Below are positions 53,463-64,000 of a stretch of 64,000 nucleotides of DNA, piece after piece. The DNA is from Tubiluchus corallicola (lineage: Eukaryota; Animalia; Priapulida), in assembly GCA_030141605.1 (NCBI GenBank), contig JAQGDQ010000091.1:434001-498000 (forward strand), given 5' to 3'. Position 1 is the first letter of the stretch, and every line of letters begins with the position of its first letter. The notes under the pieces are model-generated. The model searched no databases, had not been told where the DNA came from, and saw only the letters and a program-made list of their open reading frames with translations. Both the position numbers and the translations under genes were made by a program.

Positions 53463-56400
53463 GCCTAAATAGACTAGCCCATACAGCCCTTAAACAAAAC
53501 ACGGAACTGTCTTGCGAAAAAACAATAATTTGTCAAAAAATTTTGATGTCGGCCCATTTCATTCACATTTGCCCTGCTACACACTGAAAAATTATGAGCA
53601 GTACAATATCAGAGTTACAGAATTGCAAAATAACTCAAGTCATTTCCTCACAAATTGCATAAAAATGCATAAAGGTTAACGAACATGAAATAAATACGAA
53701 TCGTCCCACAGCTCGCATCACATTAATCTCCAGACGTGATGCACATTAAGCATGTTTTGCCGCGTCTCTTCCAGAGTTATTCTCGCTCACTTGCTTCTTC
53801 GCTGACGAATCCGACATAGACTGAACGCTTTTTATTCGATTTCTCCGAATCTTCATCTGCCGCCGAAGTTAGTATGGATAAAAGGTGGAACGGATGGAAA
53901 ATTAGTATATCACAAAGTCTCAAATTAACGCACATGAAATAGGCATGATCATTGTATTCCATAAAGTTCCAACACGATACACGCATTTTTTTCTTTGTTT
54001 ACTGCTATTTTTGCTGTAAGCGAAATACACTCTTGCATTTAATAGAAATTCAGCTGGTTGTGTAATATGTATAAAGTCGACTATTTTATAATTTCAAGGA
54101 AACTGAATTCTAACACTGCGGCAGTGAATTTTGGCCTTTCACTTATTTTTTCGTGATTTTGCAGCAAGTTGCTGACGCTGTACACTCTTGGTTATACTTG
54201 CGAGTCACTTGTGCCTGCATATATCGCTTTATGGTCGAGCGCGGGCGAGTTTACATTTGCAAGACTGTTCAGACAAGCAACATATGCAGCCTCCTTACCT
54301 GGGAGCTATATTCAGGTAAAAGGGGGTGCATTCGACAAGAGATATCTGGTCCTTTGGCGGGGAATGAAGGTGAGTTCGATGCCACGTGCCGATTGCGCAA
54401 TACCCAGAGCAGCATGTGCTGATGTTCCCAAGAGTGCTGTCATCGGCATTATCACCAGAACTTTTACATGCTTAATTACAGCTAGAAACACATGTCGTCA
54501 ATTAGTTTCGCCCATCATTGCTGTGTCAGCCTTTGTGTAGTAATTAATGGTTGCAGCCAAACGGTAAATTGAATTTAACCGCAAAATCACTTAATGAAAT
54601 CAGTAACTTTAAAACTCCTACATTTATAATCGTTTGTGATATAATGTTCTTATTTTTAAAGTAAAGCAGTGTACTAAAATATATACAACTTGCACTTTGC
54701 ACTTTCAACTTGCATTTATACAGTTAAGGTGTATTGATAGGTCATTGTTAAAGGTTCACAATTCGTCTATCTTTGTTAATTTGTGATTATAAAAACAACA
54801 ATCTACGTATTTGTTATTCGCAAACCGTTCGTCGTTCAAATGCCGTTTGGCAACAATATTAGGTAACTCCTATTAAATATACTAACATAATGGAAAAAAT
54901 ACTGGATTTGTATAGTGAAAACCATAATTATAAATAAATAATAATTAGTAAAAAATTAGCAGTTTCCTAATTATTATGTACAAATAACAATTCCTACTAT
55001 TGGTATTGGTCCAAATATACTTTTATAATAAGCATGGAAATAATTTTTTATGTTACCAGATAGTACAATTGTGGTCTTACACTGTGGTTAAACAAGCATA
55101 AAAACTCATAAACGAAATTTAAAAAATCTTTATTCTAATGGTACTTGCATTGAAACTTTCAATAAACTCTCCGATGTGTGGTGCTATTCTGGTATTCAAA
55201 TGCAACAGTTTAGTTGTTATGCTCTACCTGCTGAATTATAGAAGCAACAACAACAAACATTGTGTGTGGTATGCACAAAATCTTTCACCAAACACACCAA
55301 ACATGTGATGCGTTGAAGAAACTGGTCGCGATTTAAAAACCCATCTTAATTTTTACTGAAACCAGAATTGGAACGCAGAAATGTTACATTGCTGGTCTGT
55401 TGAAAGAAACAAGTTATACTTTGATTTTAAAAATTTCAAAAAAATTTTATTATTTCTCTTCACATAATACATCACGGTATACTTAAATCAGCTTTAACTA
55501 AAACATTTTCTGACGAATCTATTAAATAAAATGTTGAGTTTTCCGCATATATTATTCGCGCTATACTTCCACATATCTATCTTAGAAAATCTTTATCAGG
55601 CCTCATATTTACGTAAACAGAATATAATTTAGATGTTTTTCTTCTGCTTTGTACTGCAAATAGTTATATTTATTTTGTAAATTTCTCTATTCTGGTAACA
55701 CACCACAAGCTGTTTGCTTCTTTTGTCTCTTTCGGCTTAACAAGGCACAAACTAATTAACAAACTGTCTTAATTAAAGCTACCTTATTACGCAGGTATTT
55801 GGCAAATTATTGTTCTCTTGTACAGGTTTCTTTGTGTTATGAAGTCAGCGTTTACCTTATAGCATTTTGTTAGTGATTGTTTTTTCTTTTTATGTGTAAT
55901 TGGATAATTGATAATGTTAACATTATATAACCCAAAAATTGTATTTAGTGATCCTTTGCGTTTCAGTTTTGGTTAAAGTTTTTCTCCCACATGAAGTTAG
56001 TACTACATTTCGCTGTGGTGGACTAAAACATCGTTTCTTTCATTTCTTTATAAATTTTTTTATTAATAAAGTTTTACACTATTATCATTTCTCAATTATA
56101 AATCGTTTATTTTCGGGAAACAGATTTGCATTTCATAACACCCAGTGTTATGCGGGTGTAAATTTTGATTGAAGGAATATGAGACTGATTGCGGTGCACG
56201 CATGCGTCCGGCTTCTGCTGCTACGATACGCGCGATTCGTCAGGCGACGCATGGTCCAATATGTCAGAAACATGCGGTAACTTAAGTAAATTTGATCTAT
56301 GTAAAAATGTGCTCAGCTATTTATATTTATTTGATTGTACACAAAAAGTTAATACTTTGCAGTTTAACAGGTTCATCCTTGATAAATGAAAAATAAATAA

Positions 56401-58378
56401 GTAAGTAAACATATAAACAAAAGACGCAAAATTGCAGTTTCCATGCGTTTAATTCGGTGTTTAAAAATAGTTTTATTTTGGGAATTACATGTAGTTTTTA
56501 CTTCACTTCATTTATTATATAATTAGCATAAATTGTAATATACAATTATGTTACATAATCAGCAACTATACACTATACTGAATAGTTAACATTCAAACAG
56601 ACAATTCGCATGTCTATTCAAACCTTTCTTACTTTTAACCTGTAGCTAGCTGCTATCAGTGTTAACTAAACTTCGTTATTATGTTTAATAGAACTTGAAT
56701 TTAGGACTGATTAAAATTTTGTAGATAAAAGTGTGTCTCCAAAGTTAAGTACTCGTTTTGCGTTTGGGGGTCTATATGCACAATAGGTTAATATGTTGGA
56801 TGACCATTTTTTATCATCATACAAGCTCGGAAGCTTGGCAAAAAACTACCAACCGTGAGCAGTTGAATTAGGAAAATATGCACGTCTTATAAGCTTATAA
56901 GGTATAAAAAAATGAATAAAGTCTTCCTGCCAATAAGCAGCTTTTAAGCAGCATACATAACTTAGTGCTCAAAGCGGAAAATCAAACAAACTAAGCTTAA
57001 TCATCATTCTTTCTTTTAGTGTCATCCATACTTATGTGTGGTAAAAATTGTATAATTGTCAAATTATGCAGTGAGAAAAGAGTTGAATGCACTTTGCATA
57101 TGTAATAAAAATCCAGCTAAGTGGAATCTCACTAAGTAAAATATTTATTGATTTTGATCTTATACATTTTGAGGCCTATATATTTAATAAATCAAAAGCC
57201 TAGCAATCGATCATTAGTCAGTTCTACCACAGAGTGGCAGCAATTTTCCATCTGATAAAATAATATTTAGACAGGAACAGTTTTATTATAATTAATTTTG
57301 CCTCAGATATGTAGAGTGTGTGTGCGCGTTTACGATTACAGCACGATATAATATAAGATTTCAATAAGTAATTTGCAAAAAAATAAAACTACGCTTGATT
57401 GAAGGGAATGTTGAACGATGTTCAACCCAATATATATTGACGCAGTTGTTGCAAGCTTTTACATTCAATCCACCTTTTGGGAAGATGGGATAACCGATAG
57501 ATCACGGTGTGTGCTTACCAACGAAAGCTAAGCAACGCAGAGCCTGTTCAGCGAACCGTTTGATGCTCGTGACCAACTGTCAAAGTCTGGCGGGGTATAA
57601 CTATAATCAGCTTTCATTATCCGTTTGTCAGCTTTCAAACTGGTGAAATCAAAATTTAGCCTTAAAATTCGGTAATAGATTATGTAAAAATTGAAATTCT
57701 ATTAATGAATCTTGCCTGGTATTTCCTATTTATGTTATTTTTCCGCCTAAGTTATCTAGCTATAATACTCAGCAATTTAGCCTAGCTACTCCATTTATAA
57801 TGAATATCAAGTTAATTAAAGTAATTTATTTAGTAATGTAGCAGTTTACTTTTTTCAGAAAATGTAAATACTAGTTAAAAAAACAAGAGCAAAAGAAATT
57901 TGAAACCTTGACCCAGCACAATTAGCCTACCTATCGTATTTATCGTGTTAAGTATGAGATCGGTTTTTCATTTATGTATCCTGTAACAAAGTTCACAGTT
58001 AGTTATTGCTGCTACAGTAATATCCAGCCTTTATGTTTATGCTTGTTTTCCTTGCTGAACTTTGCAAAGTCTCTTGGTTCTTTAACGTCCTTTAAATAAG
58101 CCAAGAATTGTGAAGCGTGATTCGAGCATCACAGCTGCCATCTGTAGATATTTTGGTGAGTTAAATGCTACAAAGTATCACCGAGAGACGCTACCCTGTC
58201 CATACAGTTCCTTACTTAATGCAAATATATAATACATGTACTATTATAACTGGATAAATTTGAATTTATTCTAATAAGCCGATCTCTTGTTGTAAAGCAG
58301 AGCAATTAAATAAGACTAATAAAAAAGCTAACATTTTTGTTACTGTATTTACGATTATAGGTTAAAAGTATTCTTTCG

Positions 58379-58413
58379 CAGCACGGACAGAAATTGCACG
58401 GACAGAAATTGCA
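58379..58413. repeat. Tandem 15-mer GCACGGACAGAAATT, about 2.3 copies
   Basis: Directly visible. Confidence 0.85.
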
Positions 58414-59998
58414 CGTGGATGGTTGCAAGTAATTGTTGTTATTTATCATTGACAGATACTAGGTAAAGGACTACGTAGCGTCTGCGTACAGGTGCTAATG
58501 TTGTTATATTATATATTGTTTATATGGTGGAAAAGGTATTTTTGGAATTTTGGGATGGAAGATTGAATAATACATTGTTATGTTTTCTGAATATATTGGT
58601 GATGTTTATTTATTCATAATTAAATTTCTCGTTTTGTTGAAGTTAGACAATAGAGATAATTTCTGTTTTAAGTAAAATCCAAAAATAACAACTTATTAGA
58701 TATTATAAATCATTCACTTAGTTTGCTATAATGTCTCTTAAGAAGAAAAAGAGAAAAACTGGATAAAACCGCTTTCATTAATTGTTAATGTCACACGAGC
58801 GTCATAAAAAGACCCATATAGAAAGATATCTTACACAATTTAAAGGCAACATTGACACCATCGCTAACTGCGTTTGTAGGTCGTTAAATAAAGTTTTAAG
58901 CTTAACTTAGTTAAAAAACATTTTGTAAAAATTATATGTAATAGAACGTGCATTTTAAACCATAAGTCAAAATTGTTTGAAAAATCGCCCACTTTCTTTT
59001 AACCTAGCAAATGGCAAATGTAGGGTATGCATGGAGAACTTTATAGCAAAATATTCAAAAACAATCAATAAGCTATTATACAAAAAAAACAAAATTACGA
59101 AAAACTATTATAACTTTAATTTTAAGCCTTTTCAAACGCAAACTTCGCATTTTTCATTCCCACGAACACCACTACTAGCTACTGTGGGAAAATTGAAATT
59201 CGGCATTCCCTTCTCCAGACAATGTCCAAGTCATCGATCATTGGTGGTAGTTGATTTTCTAATCGCTGCTAATAAGCAGGGTATTCTTTAGCCGCAAGTA
59301 GTTATTCAGCGATATACATTTTACGCATGCGCTTACACCTATTAAAACGAAGTCCTGTAAAAAGCGGATTACAGCAATAGTTTAACATGCACATTATTGT
59401 TCTTTATGACCACACCATAAAAAGGTTACTCACAACAGCTGTGCTAGGATGTGCGGTAGGCTTATAAGTGTGCGTCCGTTTTTCTCCAAAACTACACGGG
59501 GGTTGTTATAGTAAAAAGATGAACTGCGGAGTATTTTATAGCTGCATTTGTTTTTCCGAAATAGGAGTTTCATTGAAATAGGATTACATCAGTTATTGCA
59601 TAATTATCAGAAAAACCGCTTCGTCATGTTAAATATTAAACTGCACACAACAAGTTTTTGAGAAAACCGCGCATAGAAAAATCACTGGAGTTTTGTCACT
59701 CTATGTCAGTGAAGTGAACGTAGAAAGACAAAACATTTCATGTCGACCTTAATTTTTAACTTTCAGAAAAGTGTTTTAACTCATAATATGAAATATATTA
59801 AACAATAATTTTGGTTAAGGGGCTATAAAGACTTTAAAGTGTTTCCATTCGCCTACTTCGTAATTAATATGGTAATATCAAGGTTTAATATTTATAACTA
59901 TTTATAACGACTCAATAAAAATATAATGCAAATACTATACTATATACACGTATGTTTTATGAACAATGAAGTGAAAAATCTAGAGTGCCAAAATCATT

Positions 59999-60478
59999 CA
60001 GCGGCGGATTATGATTTTATGGGCCTTAGGCTTGAGCTTGGAACCGGCCTTTTAAATGTTGCTACACTGCTGAGCTGACAAGAAAACGAAAGAGAAGCGA
60101 GAAACTGAGACGAAATGATGGAGCTGCTGGTGAAACTGAGTTCAGCCCTCGTGATTCATTCCGTGTAAATGTCTTTCTTTCTATCATAGATCAACTATGT
60201 GCAGCATTAGATAAACGCATTAGTGCATATGATAACGTTTGCTCCAAATTTGGGTTTCTGTCTGACATTTTGACACTGAACATTGACCAACTGCGCCAAG
60301 CTGCTCGAAATCTTTTGGACACGTATCCTAACGATTATTTTATTTTGGCAGGCCCCTTGCTCTTTTGTCAATTTATTTTTTTTTACAAAAAAAAATTTTT
60401 CGTTTTATTTTGCCGGGCCCCTTTTGATCCCGGGCCTTAGGCTTCAGCCTATTCAGCCTATAGGGCTATCCGCTGCAG
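59999..60478 (+). mobile_element. Internally deleted hAT (Tip100/ZMYM1-like) transposon
   Basis: Imperfect TIRs CAGCGGCGGAT and ATCCGCTGCAG (9 of 11). Subterminal GGGCCTTAGGCTT at both ends. Open frame 60063-60335 (YTAELTRKRKR...SPRDSFRVNVFLSIIDQL...RISAYDNVCSKFGFL...AARNLLDTYPND) resembles the hAT transposase region upstream of the dimerization domain. Confidence 0.75.
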
Positions 60479-62222
60479 AGTGCCATTTAAATTTCTAAGA
60501 CGAACTGGTAAACCAGATTTTTGGCTTCAAATAAAACGTCTTTATTAACTACAAATCTGTTGTATATATTGCTTTCTGAGAACTTACAGCGTTATTCTAA
60601 TAAGTAATAATTTCTGTTCAATGCACGCGTGAAGCAAAATTAGCAGACTTAAGACGTAATTCGTAAATTTTACTGACATATTCTTTTAAGTTTTATCTAT
60701 AGTTTATAATTCAGAAATTAAATAAGATTTTTCAAAAACAGACGTATACGATCTAGAACGTGTATACATAATTAAAAAGTTGCATTTTTACCAAAAACAT
60801 TATATGGAAAGATTTACAGTTATAGCATTTAAAAGACTATTGTCCTTTTTACAATAAAATAGTAGGTGTGTCATTCATGCGCCGTAATTAAGACTAGTCG
60901 CAATAAAATGTTATTGTCGAAAGACGAACACCCACGGGGCATGATGCTTTAAAATGTACAGGTGTACCAGTAGCAAATCTTTGTGTGACTCATCTCCTAA
61001 AGTCTATCTCAAACTGCTTTCTCTCGAGGGTTTAATGAACAAAATTTCAAAAATTCACTAAATGTCAATTACTTAGCTCTATAAAACTTATCAATGATCA
61101 AGAGCTTGTTTACACTTAGTGTTTAGCTACAGTAAGTCACTAAAACAAATTCTGCTTCAACCAGAAGTCGTAATTATCTGTTTGTGAAAGTGTTGCTCAA
61201 AGTTAGTTTAATTACCACCGTGTCACACAGGTTTGTTTATTTTGGCGCCTAATTGCAATGATGGAGTTTATATCGTGAGAATCCTAGGAGTGACAATTCT
61301 TTGCTTCCTAAATCAGAAACTTGATTAACCAATTACGTTTATTACCTGGGTTTCAGACGGCCCCTAAAGTTCCGAGCCTGATTCTCAGCTCCAGCTCTTT
61401 TGTTTAGGGTTTTATATTTGTGTAACGTAGTATGACCGAACTAATACACTCGCTAAGTTTTGTAAAATACGAAGGAAACTGAATGACAATAAGTGCCGGT
61501 AATTGTACTTGCCATGACTGTGCAAATGATAGTGGTCATAAACGAAACCTTAACAACTCTCAAACCACTTTACATGCTCACTTATTACGGCAGCTCGCTT
61601 CTAGCAATAAATTACTAGTTCACAAATACTTTATACCACCTGTAATTATTTTCGCTCCCAGCGCAATAGTGATCTTCAAAGCTTGGCTCCAATTGGACCT
61701 TTCTTTCCAAACAGACCATACCGCGGGGATAAGTTACTTATCAGCTTTTGCAAGCACCTCGGACAGCAAACAGCAAATTGTTGATATTAGATGTTTTCTT
61801 TGACAGCAAGTAAAGCTATAACCTATGACATTAGCTTGATTAATGTGAACAACTTTAACCACGCCCAGCACTTTAATTATGCAGCAGTGGAATAAGTGTA
61901 ATAACTCTAAACTGTTAATCTAATTTTACTCTAAAGAAACGTTAAGTATTTTAACTTTAAAACATTCAACATCACGTTTCTTTACAGGAATGTAGTTGAA
62001 CGTGAAACTGCTTATTAGCAACTACAGGAGACTGGTAAAAATTTAAAGAGTTACAGAACTTCTGGTAGGTACCGAATACAGAGGACACTTGATATTGTCG
62101 GTATGTTTGATATAAAACCACGTGAAGCGGATACGCTATAACACTGTTATAAATATAAATGAAGAAAGTGGTGGCACTCGCGCATACGATGATGATCTTC
62201 CGCGAACTCACGCACTACGCAA

Positions 62223-62228
62223 TATAAA
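62223..62228 (+). promoter_or_regulatory. Candidate TATA box
   Basis: TATAAA(GG) in a locally CpG-richer stretch, about 30 nt before an Inr-like GCATT and upstream of the candidate exon at 62320. Confidence 0.3.
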
Positions 62229-62319
62229 GGCTTCAAAGTTTGTTTGAGAGGACCGCATTATGAGCGAGCTAGCCCGGTCTGTGTAATGTTGAGTTCAGTT
62301 ACTTTTGTGTGCTTCAATC

Positions 62320-62420
62320 ATGCTGTCGGAACTGTTTGTTTATATGTCTGTAGCGAAGACGTTACGTAATCACGCAACGCAAACACACATGTATGCGTAT
62401 GTACTTTTGATTTTGTTTAG
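62320..62420 (+). CDS. Candidate first coding exon of the next gene, possibly Wnt10
   Basis: ATG at 62320. Encodes MLSELFVYMSVAKTLRNHATQTHMYAYVLLILF, then AG|gtaagt, a perfect phase-2 donor as in Wnt first introns. The C-terminal end is hydrophobic and TATAAA lies about 100 nt upstream. Identity is inferred only from synteny. Confidence 0.4.
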
Positions 62421-64000
62421 GTAAGTTGTTTAAATAATTTTTTTCGATGTTGTCATTACTGATTATTCAGATTATCATTATTATAATGATTAATATTATT
62501 AACTGCTATTTGAAATATTTACTATTTATACACTAACTGTACAAAAACTGCCTATGGGATGAATTTGATGCATTTGAACATTATATAATATTAAAGCAAT
62601 TGCTATGTTCCTATATTAATTTTACTCACAAAAATATTAATTTTAAATGTTTGTGCAAAACAACCAATGCAAATGTAAATATGTAACCATGTCATGAAAT
62701 TAATGTATACAAAAAACGGGCTAAGACTGAAATTAAGCGCATAAAAATTAGTCGCTTGTTAATTAACGACAAGCTTAATTCATTGCAAAAAGAATATTTT
62801 TTCATGTGTATTTCTCAAAAAAGAATGAATAGCTCATGATCCTATATTATTTAACTACATTTCAGCCCAATGTTTTTTATTTATTATAAGTATTTTTAAC
62901 GTTCATGCAGGTTCGCATATTACGAAAATCTTATATGGAACTACTTTATAAACGGTTACAAGCACACGTGTATGATAAATTTTGACATATTGACGCATAC
63001 CTTGTTTATACCAACGTCGATTTTTAGAATATTTCGATAAATGATTGTTCATCTTAAAACATAGAATTAACCTTCACGCCACGTGGAATACAGAGATCTG
63101 TTCACATTTGTTATAGGAGTCACGTTTATCTTTAACATCGTGATCGCGTACATTTGTGGCAGGCACCTATACACAAGTTATGCATTTGAGTAAACTCAGT
63201 CTCGTACAAGTCAAAATAAGCAATGTATTTCACTTAACTTGGTAGAATTTATGACATGCACAGTAAAATTGGCAGCAATTTCAGATTTTAGAAAATCCTG
63301 CCAGCGGTCCAAAAAAGTTGCTAGACTGTAACTTTTTTACTTTGTGTAACACTATTTCCTGATCAACTTTACGTGCAGAACTCGAATTGCCACATATAAA
63401 AATATGTTAATCGCACGATAAATTAAACATAAATAAAAGCAATCTTTAATCTGTTTATTCTACCGAAGAAAGGCATTTAAAAAAGAAAATAAATGATAAG
63501 GTTGACAAACGTGTTCGACGTGTACGAAACCTATTCTAGATAAAATAAAGGCTAAGCGTTATTTGTGCACATACTATAATACTGCGCAATCATTGATTCT
63601 TGAGTGTCAGCGTTTCACTTGTAGTGTGCAAAATATTTTACGTACATGTCTATGAAATAGTTTGTCCAAAAAAGGTAACCTTCTAATAGAAAACATAAGG
63701 AAATAACTTATTTTCAGTAACTTCAAATAAAATTACTTATACACAGGGACAATTATCCTGACTAAATTAAATGGATGATTTTTTATGATTCGCCTGTCAA
63801 GAACCTGATGATTCGCCAGTCCTGATCTTTTGTCATCTGGTATAAATAAAAATAATAAGCAATAGAAATAGAAAAGGAGTCAGAACCATGAAAAAATTAA
63901 TTTGTATAAACTACCTTGCAAGTTTAGTTGAATCTTCTTTCTGAAGCAAATAATTCTAGGCAGTTTCAATTTGCACATATTTCTTTTTGAAAACTTACAA

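Noticed and set aside
54153-54540. 89-aa and 123-aa ORFs upstream of Wnt6
   Set aside because: Non-ATG starts and no domain features; more likely GC-richer regulatory DNA.

Overview
AT-rich animal (invertebrate bilaterian-like) genomic DNA with GT-AG introns, carrying the ancient Wnt gene cluster. I reconstructed exons by hand from splice sites and reading frame. (1) Wnt9 (+): 5'-partial, 4 coding exons within 697-4599. (2) Wnt1/wingless (+): complete, 5 exons, 12607-27063, 374 aa. (3) Wnt6 (-): complete, 4 exons, 53462-32469, 345 aa, convergent with Wnt1. (4) A candidate first exon at 62320-62420 (+) lies where Wnt10 is expected. Wnt1 and Wnt6 look canonical. Wnt9 is strongly remodelled: the index-finger W-C-C motif (Frizzled site 2) reads P-T-Y, WxWGGCxDN reads VKYGSCGDK, and there is an extra cysteine, yet the frame, splice sites and acylation serine are intact. 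Non-coding DNA contains a TTAA-flanked Kolobok-like element, an internally deleted hAT element, a V-SINE-like fragment, an inverted repeat of hammerhead-like cores, a local direct duplication and many microsatellites. Family assignments come from motif recognition, not database searches. The species cannot be determined from the sequence.
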